A DNA stretch of 55,637 nt, taken from assembly GCA_964447355.1 (NCBI GenBank), contig CAYUSG010000004.1, positions 1 to 55,637 on the forward strand. Direction: 5' to 3'. Every line of letters starts with the position of its first letter. Position 1 is the stretch's first letter. Below, piece by piece: positions 1 to 8,965 of this stretch. The notes beneath the pieces were generated by a model. The model was not told the DNA's origin. It ran no database searches and saw nothing but the letters and a program-made list of their open reading frames with translations. This stretch comes from an uncultured Paenibacillaceae bacterium. GTDB lineage: Bacteria > Bacillota > Bacilli > Paenibacillales > CAYUSG01. The position numbers were made by a program, and so were the translations under genes.

Positions 1-39
1 CTTCTGATGAGACATTAGGAGTCATCTTTTTACTTAATG

Positions 40-87
40 TAAGAAATCGCTTGCAGATCGCATGGACTTTAAATATAGCTTTTGTTA
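40..87 (+). repeat. 48-nt direct repeat, copy 1 (contains cre-like box AGAAATCGCTTGCA at 42-55)
   Basis: Direct comparison with 145-192 gives 46 of 48 identical positions. Confidence 0.9.
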
Positions 88-144
88 ACCATTCTAGGAG
101 AACATCGGGGGGAGATGCATCGGAATGCCAACAAAAGCTACCAC

Positions 145-192
145 TAAGAAATCGCTTGCAAATCACATGGACTTTAAATATAGCTTTTGTTA
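145..192 (+). repeat. 48-nt direct repeat, copy 2 (cre-like box at 147-160; overlaps the putative nuo promoter)
   Basis: Same 48-mer as 40-87, with start-to-start spacing of 105 bp. Confidence 0.9.
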
Positions 193-196
193 TAAT
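168..196 (+). promoter_or_regulatory. putative sigma-A-type promoter of the nuo operon
   Basis: TGGACT (168-173), a 17-nt spacer, then TATAAT (191-196), about 170 nt upstream of the nuoA start. Confidence 0.4.
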
Positions 197-202
197 TGGG
201 TC

Positions 203-236
203 GGCGAGATTTATTATTAAAATCGCCTTTATTTAT
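203..236 (+). other. leader stem-loop followed by a T-rich tract (5'-end stabiliser or attenuator?)
   Basis: GGCGA (203-207) pairs with TCGCC (223-227), followed by TTTATTTAT. The stem is short and AT-rich. Confidence 0.25.
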
Positions 237-364
237 AAGAAATTCTAATAACATCAAAGCTAGTTTTTTTTGCAATTCATGGATGTTTTTCCTTCAAGAC
301 TCTCACCCTAAGTATTCGGAAAAACACCGAGCGAGGAAAGAATTTGCTAGATGGAGGGAATATC

Positions 365-736
365 ATGGGAACGTATATGAATAACTATGTCATTGTGGCC
401 ATCTTTATAGCGCTGGGTATCCTGTTACCTATAGCTGCGTTAACGATTGGCCGTTTTTTACGTCCTAAGAAGCCGAACGATCCGAAGCAAACGACTTATG
501 AAAGCGGAAATGAACCTGTGGGTGAGGGGCAAGTTCGCTTTAATGTGCGCTACTATTTATTTGCGCTGATGTTCGTTATTTTTGATGTGGAAACGGTGTT
601 CCTGTATCCTTGGGCCGTGGCCTACGATAAGCTTGGATTGTTTGCACTTGTGGAAATGTTGATTTTTGTTGCTTTATTATTAGTCGGATTAATATATGCT
701 TGGAAGAAGAAGGTGCTGCAATGGATTTCAAATTAG
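365..736 (+). CDS. nuoA: NADH-quinone oxidoreductase subunit A (ND3-like)
   Basis: GGAGGG lies 5 nt before ATG 365. 123 aa and 3 hydrophobic helices. YESGNEP...[19 protein letters not shown] string typical of NuoA. Confidence 0.93.
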   Translation: MGTYMNNYVIVAIFIALGILLPIAALTIGRFLRPKKPNDPKQTTYESGNEPVGEGQVRFNVRYYLFALMFVIFDVETVFLYPWAVAYDKLGLFALVEMLIFVALLLVGLIYAWKKKVLQWISN

Positions 737-1239
737 AATCAATCACGCCGGAAGAACGTCAAGAACTCGAACGCAATGTATTCATGGGAACCTTGGAGCA
801 GCTCAAAGCATGGGCAAGAAGCAACTCCTTATGGCCGCTTACCTTTGGATTAGCTTGTTGTGCCATAGAAATGATGGGAACAGGCGCATCCCATTATGAT
901 CTTGACCGCTTCGGGGTCATCTTCCGTACTTCCCCGAGGCAGTCTGATGTGATGATCGTAGCGGGTACAGTGACCAAGAAGATGGGACCGCTGCTGCGCA
1001 GATTGTATGACCAAATGCCTGAGCCGAAGTGGGTTATTGCGATGGGCTCTTGTGCTACAGCGGGCGGGCCTTACGTCAAATCTTACGCCGTCATTAAAGG
1101 GGTAGACCAGATCGTTCCTGTAGATGTTTACATACCAGGCTGTCCTCCTAACCCGGCCGCATTAATCTACGGCATCAATAAACTGCAAGAGAAGATTCGC
1201 TACGAAGCGAAGACTGGGAAGCAGGTGACGAATTCATGA
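721..1239 (+). CDS. nuoB: NADH-quinone oxidoreductase subunit B (N2 Fe-S subunit)
   Basis: [21 protein letters not shown] and IPGCPP cysteine motifs. ATG 721 preferred over the upstream TTG 700. Confidence 0.95.
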   Translation: MDFKLESITPEERQELERNVFMGTLEQLKAWARSNSLWPLTFGLACCAIEMMGTGASHYDLDRFGVIFRTSPRQSDVMIVAGTVTKKMGPLLRRLYDQMPEPKWVIAMGSCATAGGPYVKSYAVIKGVDQIVPVDVYIPGCPPNPAALIYGINKLQEKIRYEAKTGKQVTNS

Positions 1240-1991
1240 GTGAGGATAAGAAGCCTGAATCCGTAGAGAAGTCTAAGGGCGGAGCAACCGAGGAACAACA
1301 AGCAAAAGCTCAGGAGCTTCAGAATGCTGACCCTAAAGCGCAGACGACGTCTGAGCCGTCTGATGCCCCGGCTGCGGAGGTGAAGGGTCCTTCTGACGAA
1401 GAGAAGGAAGCTAAGGCGAAGCGGGCAGCAGAAGCCAGGGCTGCTAGAGCCAAGGCGAAAGCGGAGAAAGAAGCGGAATCACAGGCTGAAGAGGAAGCGC
1501 CGAAAGAACCTTCTCCGAACCAGCCTAGACTGGATCGTATTGTAGAGTTGATCAAACAGGACATTTCCGAGGAAGCGATTGAAGAGGCGTTCATTAATGA
1601 AGTTGACAGCCATAGACCATATCTCGTCATCAAATCGGAATATTGGTTACAAACTGCAGAGTTGCTGGTGCACAGTCCAGAGTTAAAGCTGGATTACTTA
1701 AGGAATTTATCGGGAGTAGATCAAGAAACACACATGGAAGTGGTGTACCACCTCATATCGATAGAAAGTCAGCACGAATACGTATTTAAAGTGAGAACAG
1801 ATCGGGAAGCGCCTTCTGTTCCTTCTGTCACGCCTACATGGGCGACGGCGAACTGGAATGAAAGAGAAGCTTATGATCTGCTGGGTATAGATTTTCCGGG
1901 ACACCCTGATTTAAGAAGAATTATGATGTCAGACGATTGGGTAGGTCACCCATTGCGCAAGGATTATGAACCGATTGACCCGGAGGTGTGA
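1236..1991 (+). CDS. nuoC: NADH-quinone oxidoreductase subunit C with a ~97-aa low-complexity N-terminal extension
   Basis: ATGA overlap with the nuoB stop. C-terminal core has [23 protein letters not shown]. The N-terminus is K/A/E/P-rich. Confidence 0.92.
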   Translation: MSEDKKPESVEKSKGGATEEQQAKAQELQNADPKAQTTSEPSDAPAAEVKGPSDEEKEAKAKRAAEARAARAKAKAEKEAESQAEEEAPKEPSPNQPRLDRIVELIKQDISEEAIEEAFINEVDSHRPYLVIKSEYWLQTAELLVHSPELKLDYLRNLSGVDQETHMEVVYHLISIESQHEYVFKVRTDREAPSVPSVTPTWATANWNEREAYDLLGIDFPGHPDLRRIMMSDDWVGHPLRKDYEPIDPEV

Positions 1992-1994
1992 CAA

Positions 1995-3095
1995 GTGATA
2001 CGAACAGAAGAACTCTTACTCAACGTAGGCCCTCAGCATCCGAGTACACACGGGGTATTCAGGGTTGTTGTTAAATTAGATGGGGAAGTCATTACAGACT
2101 GCACGCCGGTGATGGGTTACTTGCATCGTGGAACGGAGAAACTGGCTGAGAATTTGACGTATACTCAGATTATCCCTTACACGGACCGAATGGATTATGT
2201 CTCGGCCATGACGAATAATTATGTGCTTGTTAGCGCGGTTGAGAAACTGATGCAGCTTGAGATCCCTGAACGTGCTGAATTCCTGCGTCTGATCGTGATG
2301 GAATTGCAGCGTATTGCCAGCCATTTGGTCTGGTGGGGGACTTACCTGCTGGATATCGGAGCGATGAGCCCGTTTCTATTCGCTTTCCGCGAGCGTGAGA
2401 TGATCATTGACTTGTTCAATGAACTATGCGGGGCCCGCTTAACTTATTTCTACATGCGGGTTGGCGGCGTGAAATGGGACGCGCCCGAAGGCTGGATTGA
2501 GAAGGTGCGTCAATTTATTCCGCATATGAGGGCTAAGCTGGACGAGTACAATGAACTAGTCAGCGGGAATGAGATTTTCCTTGCTCGGATCAAAGGGATT
2601 GGTACCTATGATGCGAAGACGGCTATTGAGTACGGATTAAGCGGCGCCAATCTAAGATGTACGGGAGTGAATTGGGATCTTAGAAAAAACCAACCGTACA
2701 GCCTGTACGAACGTTTTGACTTTGATGTGCCTGTAGCGACAGAAGGGGACTGTTATGCGCGTTATCGCCTGCGCTTTGAAGAGATTCGCCAAAGCTTGAG
2801 GATATTAGAGCAAGCGCTCGAACAATTCCCAGCAGAAGGAGAGATCATGGGAAAAGTACCTCGGGTGCTGCGTGCGCCTGAAGGGGAAGTATACACCGCG
2901 ATAGAGTCGCCGCGGGGTGAAATCGGTGCCTATATCATTTCTCGAGGTAAAGATAAACCGTATCGTTTGAAATTTAGAAGGCCATCCTTTGTAAATCTGC
3001 AAATTCTGCCTAAGCTGTTAGTAGGGGAAACGATGACGAACCTGATTACCATCCTAGGCGGCATCGATATTGTAGTTGGGGAGGTTGATGCCTAA
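1995..3095 (+). CDS. nuoD: NADH-quinone oxidoreductase subunit D (49-kDa subunit)
   Basis: GTG start after GGAGGTG. GPQHPSTHGV and LHRGTEKL motifs. 366 aa. Confidence 0.96.
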   Translation: MIRTEELLLNVGPQHPSTHGVFRVVVKLDGEVITDCTPVMGYLHRGTEKLAENLTYTQIIPYTDRMDYVSAMTNNYVLVSAVEKLMQLEIPERAEFLRLIVMELQRIASHLVWWGTYLLDIGAMSPFLFAFREREMIIDLFNELCGARLTYFYMRVGGVKWDAPEGWIEKVRQFIPHMRAKLDEYNELVSGNEIFLARIKGIGTYDAKTAIEYGLSGANLRCTGVNWDLRKNQPYSLYERFDFDVPVATEGDCYARYRLRFEEIRQSLRILEQALEQFPAEGEIMGKVPRVLRAPEGEVYTAIESPRGEIGAYIISRGKDKPYRLKFRRPSFVNLQILPKLLVGETMTNLITILGGIDIVVGEVDA

Positions 3096-4102
3096 TGTCG
3101 AATCTGTTTCAAGACACCCTTACATGGCTTAATTTTACGTGGTTTGCATTGGCAGCTGTAGTTTTCCTGCTCATTGTTCTGGGTTTTGTAACGTATGCCA
3201 TTTATTTTGAACGCAAGGTGATAGGCTGGATGCAGCTTAGAATAGGCCCGAATCGTGTCGGTCCTCTGGGATTGCTGCAGACGGTCGCCGACGTGTTAAA
3301 GCTTCTGCTCAAGGAAGATACCATTCCCAAGAAAGCAGATCAATGGTTGTTCATTCTGGCCCCTGCCATTACATTCGTTCCATCGTTTGTGGTATTGGCT
3401 ACCATTCCTTATACGGAGACGTTGCATTTTGCGAATCTCAATATTGGGGTACTGTATTATGTAGCTTTGAGCGGAGTATCTACACTAGGGATTGTGCTTG
3501 GGGGATGGGCCTCTAACAATAAATATGCGCTGCTTGGTGGAATGCGGTCAGCAGCTCAAATGATCAGCTACGAAATTCCGCTTGTGCTTTCGGTTGTCGG
3601 AGTTATCATGATGAGCGGCAGCATGAACCTGCTGGAGATCGCCCGCGGTCAAGAGGGCTACTTCTGGAATTGGAACTTTATCCCTCAATGTCTCGGGTTT
3701 GTCGTATTCGTGATCGCTGCCGTATCGGAATTGAATCGGACGCCCTTTGACCTGCCAGAGGCTGAATCTGAGCTTGTAGCGGGGTACCATGTAGAATACA
3801 GCGGGTTCCGCTTCGCTTTCTTCATGCTTGCGGAGTATGTATATATGTTCGGCATTGCCTCATTGACAACGGTATTGTTCTTAGGCGGTTGGCATGCGCC
3901 AGCTCCGTTCTTAACGTTTATACCGGGGTTAATCTGGTTCATCATTAAATTTTGTGCGGTGGTTTTCTTCTTGTTCTGGCTGCGCGCAACGATGCCTAGG
4001 ATTCGAATTGATCAGCTGATGGGTTTAGGCTGGAGGGTACTGCTGCCGCTGGCGTTGTTGAATATTTTTGTGACGGCGATTGTCATGGAGTTGTTTAGAT
4101 AA
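3095..4102 (+). CDS. nuoH: NADH-quinone oxidoreductase subunit H (ND1-like)
   Basis: TAATG overlap with nuoD. ERKVIGWMQLRIGPNRVGPLGLLQ string. Polytopic membrane protein. Confidence 0.96.
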   Translation: MSNLFQDTLTWLNFTWFALAAVVFLLIVLGFVTYAIYFERKVIGWMQLRIGPNRVGPLGLLQTVADVLKLLLKEDTIPKKADQWLFILAPAITFVPSFVVLATIPYTETLHFANLNIGVLYYVALSGVSTLGIVLGGWASNNKYALLGGMRSAAQMISYEIPLVLSVVGVIMMSGSMNLLEIARGQEGYFWNWNFIPQCLGFVVFVIAAVSELNRTPFDLPEAESELVAGYHVEYSGFRFAFFMLAEYVYMFGIASLTTVLFLGGWHAPAPFLTFIPGLIWFIIKFCAVVFFLFWLRATMPRIRIDQLMGLGWRVLLPLALLNIFVTAIVMELFR

Positions 4103-4125
4103 GCGAATAGCCTTCAAAGGGGTGA

Positions 4126-4581
4126 ATGATAATGAAAGGCATCATGAAAGGATTAGGCGTTACCTTTAAGAACATGACTCGCAAGAAAATCACCTATGCC
4201 TACCCGGATGTTCCACTGAACATGCCAGACCGCTTCAGAGGGATACAGCATTTTGATCCTGAAAAATGTATCGTGTGCAATCAGTGCGCAAGAGCATGTC
4301 CAACAGAATGCATCACATTGACGGGCAAGAAGCATCCCGATCCGGAGAAAAAGGGTAAGGTTATCGACACCTACGATATTAATTTTGAAATTTGTATTCT
4401 ATGTGACTTGTGTACGGAAGTGTGCCCGACAGAAGCAATTGTTATGACGAATAATTTTGAACTTAGCACGTACAGCAGAGATGATTTGTTCAAGAATCTT
4501 CAATGGTTAAATAACAATAATACAAATATCAGGCAAGAGAACAATTCGGCATTATCGAAGACGAAAGGAGGGGCCAAATAA
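4126..4581 (+). CDS. nuoI: NADH-quinone oxidoreductase subunit I (2x[4Fe-4S] ferredoxin)
   Basis: CIVCNQCARACP and CILCDLCTEVCP motifs. The start could be ATG 4132 instead of 4126. Confidence 0.93.
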   Translation: MIMKGIMKGLGVTFKNMTRKKITYAYPDVPLNMPDRFRGIQHFDPEKCIVCNQCARACPTECITLTGKKHPDPEKKGKVIDTYDINFEICILCDLCTEVCPTEAIVMTNNFELSTYSRDDLFKNLQWLNNNNTNIRQENNSALSKTKGGAK

Positions 4582-4586
4582 CAGCC

Positions 4587-5114
4587 ATGGCTAGTAATTT
4601 ATCGGCGTTTTTCTCATCAGGGGAAAATATTCTGTTCATCCTTCTATCCTTATTAGTGATCGGCGGGGCCATGTATATGATCAGCTTTACTAAAGTTGTT
4701 CATATGGTGGTCTCTCTCGCGTTCACTTTTTTAAGCTTGGCCGGCATTTATATTATGCTGGATGCTGAATTCGTAGCGGTCGTGCAGATTTTAATTTATG
4801 CGGGTGCAATTACGATTCTAATGGTATTCGGAATTATGATGACGAAACATCAGGATGTCGATGTTGAGCCGAATAGACCGCTTCACAGTGTTGGGCTGCT
4901 GATCGGAGTTATTGGCCTCTTCGGCATTTTATTTTATGCGATTCAACAGAGTAATATTGTGCCGGTCACTGAATTTGCAGCGGCAGAGGATAATACTCGC
5001 GCCATTGGGGAACAGCTGTATACGCAGCATGTGATTCCTTTTGAACTGGTATCCGTATTGCTGACGGTTGCCTTTATTGGGGCCATTGTGCTGGCGAAGA
5101 GAGAGGAGGAGTAA
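4587..5114 (+). CDS. nuoJ: NADH-quinone oxidoreductase subunit J (ND6-like)
   Basis: Position within the operon. 175-aa hydrophobic protein with the [10 protein letters not shown] string. Confidence 0.9.
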   Translation: MASNLSAFFSSGENILFILLSLLVIGGAMYMISFTKVVHMVVSLAFTFLSLAGIYIMLDAEFVAVVQILIYAGAITILMVFGIMMTKHQDVDVEPNRPLHSVGLLIGVIGLFGILFYAIQQSNIVPVTEFAAAEDNTRAIGEQLYTQHVIPFELVSVLLTVAFIGAIVLAKREEE

Positions 5115-5119
5115 GGACC

Positions 5120-5428
5120 GTGAACATCGTTACTTCTTATTTGCTGCTGGGAGCAATTCTGTTCTGCATTGGGCTCTATGGCGCATTATCTAAGAAAAAT
5201 GCAGTCATTGTCCTTTTGTCCGTCGAACTGATGTTGAATTCAGTTAATCTAAATCTAGTGGCCTTCTCAAAATATGGAGCTGTGCCCAATCTGACCGGAC
5301 AAATTTTCTCTTTGTTTAACATTACAGTGGCTGCAGCGGAGGCTGCGGTAGGGATCGCTATCTTGATAGCATTGTATCGACGCAAAGGTACGACGAATGT
5401 TACCGATATGGATACAATGAAGCGATAA
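5120..5428 (+). CDS. nuoK: NADH-quinone oxidoreductase subunit K (ND4L-like)
   Basis: GTG start 8 nt after GAGGAGGAG. 102 aa, 3 helices. [17 protein letters not shown] string. Confidence 0.92.
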   Translation: MNIVTSYLLLGAILFCIGLYGALSKKNAVIVLLSVELMLNSVNLNLVAFSKYGAVPNLTGQIFSLFNITVAAAEAAVGIAILIALYRRKGTTNVTDMDTMKR

Positions 5429-5455
5429 ATCCGCTTTTTTAGGAGGATCAATATA

Positions 5456-7327
5456 ATGGAATCTGTCTATTCACAGTACGCTTGGTGCATTCCGTTGTTC
5501 CCGTTAATAGCGTTTCTAGTGTTACTGGCGGTTGGCAAACAGATGAAGCGCTCATCCGCTATTGTAGGTATCGTTGCGTCACTGGCTTCTTTTGTTCTCT
5601 CGTTATTTGTGTTCTTTGAACGAAGCGGCGGCCAAATGCAGGATTATACATGGAATGACTTAACTTGGCTCAAAATCGGTAACTTTTCATTAAACATGGG
5701 CTTTGAAATTACTAACTTAAATGCGTTGATGCTGGTGATTGTTACCCTTGTCAGCTTGCTTGTTAATCTGTATTCAGCGGGTTATATGAAGGATGACGAG
5801 CGGATCTCCGTATTTTACAGCTACATCGCTTTGTTTACATTCTCAATGCTAGGTTTGGTCATTTCAGAAAATCTAGTTGAGTTGTACATATTCTGGGAGC
5901 TAGTTGGGGTGTGCTCCTTCTTGCTTGTAGGGTTCTGGTATTTCAAGCCAGAGGCAAGAGCCGCGGCGAAGAAAGCTTTTATCGTGACCCGTATTGGGGA
6001 CGTGGGGTTGTTTATCGCTATCTTGCTGTTATTCTGGTATATGCCGGGTCATGCGCTTGATTTCACCACGATTCAAAATGCTTTTAATGCAGGCGAAATT
6101 CCTGCGGGAATTACGACATTGATTGCCATTCTGATCTTTGTCGGGGCAATGGGGAAATCAGGGCAATTCCCACTTCATACGTGGCTTCCGGATGCGATGG
6201 AAGGCCCGACCCCGATTAGTGCCTTGATCCATGCAGCGACTATGGTTGCCGCAGGGGTCTACTTAGTGGCTAGAACGTTTACGATCTTCCTTGCTTCACC
6301 TGTTGCGCTGGAGGTCGTGGCTTATGTGGGCGGCTTCACTGCTATCTTCGCAGCTACGATAGCCATTGCCCAGCATGATATTAAACGTATATTGGCTTAT
6401 TCAACGGTAAGTCAATTGGGTTATATGATGATGGCATTGGGATTAGGGACAATGATGGCTTATTCTGCCGGAATTTTCCATTTGTTCACGCATGCTTTCT
6501 TCAAAGCGCTTCTATTCTTAGGCGCAGGCAGTGTCATTCATGCGGTGCATACGCAGGATATTCGTGAAATGGGCGGCGTAGGGAAGAAGATGAAGATTAC
6601 GGCTTGGACGTTTGCGATCGGTGCTCTAGCGCTGTCTGGTATTGCGCCGTTATCAGGCTTCTGGTCGAAGGATGCCATTTTAACGGAAGCTTATTATGCC
6701 CATCCAGGGCTGTTCTGGGTTGCATTAATCGCGGCCTTCTTTACGGCCTTTTATATGTCCCGACTGTTCTTCATGGTATTCACAGGGAAGCAGCGGGGAC
6801 AGTTCAGTGCCCATGAGTCGCCATCCGTGATGACCATACCCTTGATCGTGCTTGCGGTATTAGCTGTGGTCAGCGGTTTTGTGTTAACGCCTGGTCAGCC
6901 GTGGCTTGCCGAATGGTTAACGGGTGAAGGGGCAGAACATACGAGCTGGATCGTCATTATTCTGTCCAATGCGGCAGGCATACTGGGGATTGTATTAGGC
7001 TGGTTGTTCTTTGGTAAGCAGGCGTTGTCCAGTCAATCCGTTGTTGATAAAGCGCCATGGGTGTACAACGTGCTTCATCGCAAATATTATATAGACGAAC
7101 TATATGAAAACATCATCATTAAGCCGCTCAGAATCCTAGGCTTAGGACTAGATATGATTGACCGTTATATTGTGGATGGGGTTGTGCGTCTTGCTGGGGC
7201 TTCAGCCTTCGGCTTAGGCCGAGCAGGAAGTAGGCTCCAGAATGGCCAGCTGCAAACCTATGGTTTAATTACATTGCTGGGCTTCGTTGTTTTTGTGTTA
7301 GCCTTGGTCGGAAGGAGGTACATGTAG
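5456..7327 (+). CDS. nuoL: NADH-quinone oxidoreductase subunit L (ND5-like antiporter subunit)
   Basis: FPLHTWLPDAMEGPTPISALIHAATMV motif. 623 aa. Confidence 0.96.
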   Translation: MESVYSQYAWCIPLFPLIAFLVLLAVGKQMKRSSAIVGIVASLASFVLSLFVFFERSGGQMQDYTWNDLTWLKIGNFSLNMGFEITNLNALMLVIVTLVSLLVNLYSAGYMKDDERISVFYSYIALFTFSMLGLVISENLVELYIFWELVGVCSFLLVGFWYFKPEARAAAKKAFIVTRIGDVGLFIAILLLFWYMPGHALDFTTIQNAFNAGEIPAGITTLIAILIFVGAMGKSGQFPLHTWLPDAMEGPTPISALIHAATMVAAGVYLVARTFTIFLASPVALEVVAYVGGFTAIFAATIAIAQHDIKRILAYSTVSQLGYMMMALGLGTMMAYSAGIFHLFTHAFFKALLFLGAGSVIHAVHTQDIREMGGVGKKMKITAWTFAIGALALSGIAPLSGFWSKDAILTEAYYAHPGLFWVALIAAFFTAFYMSRLFFMVFTGKQRGQFSAHESPSVMTIPLIVLAVLAVVSGFVLTPGQPWLAEWLTGEGAEHTSWIVIILSNAAGILGIVLGWLFFGKQALSSQSVVDKAPWVYNVLHRKYYIDELYENIIIKPLRILGLGLDMIDRYIVDGVVRLAGASAFGLGRAGSRLQNGQLQTYGLITLLGFVVFVLALVGRRYM

Positions 7328-8962
7328 ATGCTGGATCACATTCCTATTCTGTCACTTATTGCGTTATCTCCACTTTTAGGTGTTCTGGTCCTCATCTTCA
7401 TGCCAAAGGATCAAGGCCGCTGGATCAAAATCATTGCTATTGCTGCAACGATTATCCCACTGGTGCTGTCAGGCTGGATGTATGCAGGGTTTAACGATCA
7501 AAGTTCGGATTGGCAGTTTACAGAAGAATATCAATGGATTGAGGTACCGCTCAGCCAGGAAAGTGAGAACTTAGCGAACTTCGCATCGTATATTTATGAG
7601 TTTAAATATAATCTTGCGGTCGATGGATTCTCTTTGCCGCTAATTTTCTTAACGGCGCTTGTTTCAACCCTTGCTGCTCTAGCAGCTGTAACGATTAAAA
7701 AGCGTTGGAAAAGCTTTTATATCCTGTTCCTGCTGCTTGAAGTAGGAATGTTTGGGGTCTTCATGGCCAAAGACTTATTCTTGTTCTTCTTGTTCTTCGA
7801 GGTGACGCTGGTTCCAACCTTCTTCCTCATCGGAATTTGGGGCTATCGGAACCGAGAAGCAGCGGCGAATAAGTTCTTGATCTACAACGGGATAGGCTCT
7901 GCGATCATGTTAATCGCCTTCCTTATTATTGTGAACACAGCGGGATTCTCCATCACAGCAGAGGATGCGTCTCATGTGTCGGTGTATTACAGCGGCGATC
8001 TGGATACCATCGTAGAGAATATGACGGACCCGCAGTCGTATGCGAATTTGCCGGCCGACTTAGCTCAGAATGTGCCGAATCCTTTTCATTTGGGCGATAC
8101 TTTGAAATGGGCGCTCTTCTTGATGCTGTTAGTGGCGTTTGGCATAAAGCTGCCTATCTTTCCGTTCCATACATGGATGCTTAAAGTACATACAGAAGCA
8201 CCGCCATCCATTGTCATGATCCATTCGGGCATTCTATTGAAGATGGGGGCATATGGCTTGATTCGCTTCGGGGTCATGCTCTTCCCCGAACAAGCGAAGG
8301 ATTGGGCCATCGTACTTGCGATTCTAGGTGTTATTAACATTCTATACGGGGCTGTTCTGGCTTTAGTACAGAATGAATTCAGATTGGTGCTTGCCTATTC
8401 GAGTATCAGTCACATGGGGATTGTCCTCTTGGGACTTGCAGCTTTCAACGATTCGGGGATGCAGGGAGCAGTATTCCAGCTCATTTCCCACGGTTTAATT
8501 TCTGCATTGATGTTCTTGATTGTGGGCAGTATCTATGAGCGTACAAAGACAACAGAGCTTAATCAATTGAGCGGCTTGGCTAAGTCCATGCCATTTATCG
8601 GCGGAGTTTTAATGCTTGCAGGGATGGCTTCGCTTGGTTTACCGGGATTATCAGGCTTCATCAGCGAATTTCTAGCCTTCTTAGGCTTGTTCGATGTAAT
8701 GCCGATCATAACGGTTGTGGGTATGCTGGGAATTATATTCACGGCTGTGTATGTCCTGCGCGGGATTATGTCCATGACCTATGGACCGATCCAAGAGCGA
8801 TATGAGACACTAAAGGATGCAAGACTAGTAGAAATGGTGCCGATGATCGTGCTTGTAGCTTTTATTATTCTGCTCGGTATTTATCCGACGATATTAAACG
8901 AACCGCTTCATCATGCCGTGAATGCGATGCTGGAGCACATGACATTAAGGATGGGGGGATAA
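7328..8962 (+). CDS. nuoM: NADH-quinone oxidoreductase subunit M (ND4-like)
   Basis: ATG directly abuts the nuoL stop. PFHTWMLKVHTEAPPSIVMIHSGILLKMG string. 544 aa. Confidence 0.95.
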   Translation: MLDHIPILSLIALSPLLGVLVLIFMPKDQGRWIKIIAIAATIIPLVLSGWMYAGFNDQSSDWQFTEEYQWIEVPLSQESENLANFASYIYEFKYNLAVDGFSLPLIFLTALVSTLAALAAVTIKKRWKSFYILFLLLEVGMFGVFMAKDLFLFFLFFEVTLVPTFFLIGIWGYRNREAAANKFLIYNGIGSAIMLIAFLIIVNTAGFSITAEDASHVSVYYSGDLDTIVENMTDPQSYANLPADLAQNVPNPFHLGDTLKWALFLMLLVAFGIKLPIFPFHTWMLKVHTEAPPSIVMIHSGILLKMGAYGLIRFGVMLFPEQAKDWAIVLAILGVINILYGAVLALVQNEFRLVLAYSSISHMGIVLLGLAAFNDSGMQGAVFQLISHGLISALMFLIVGSIYERTKTTELNQLSGLAKSMPFIGGVLMLAGMASLGLPGLSGFISEFLAFLGLFDVMPIITVVGMLGIIFTAVYVLRGIMSMTYGPIQERYETLKDARLVEMVPMIVLVAFIILLGIYPTILNEPLHHAVNAMLEHMTLRMGG

Positions 8963-8965
8963 GCC

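Noticed and set aside
51-384. ORF-track entries 51-248 (65 aa) and 196-384 (62 aa) upstream of nuoA
   Set aside because: They have no SD. They span the 48-nt repeats, the promoter and the leader hairpin. The first ORF's repeated peptide simply reflects the DNA repeat. Their composition is that of an AT-rich spacer.
1319-1633. 104-aa antisense ORF inside nuoC
   Set aside because: It is the mirror image of the low-complexity A/E/K tract on the sense strand, and such tracts stay open on the opposite strand. No SD is present.
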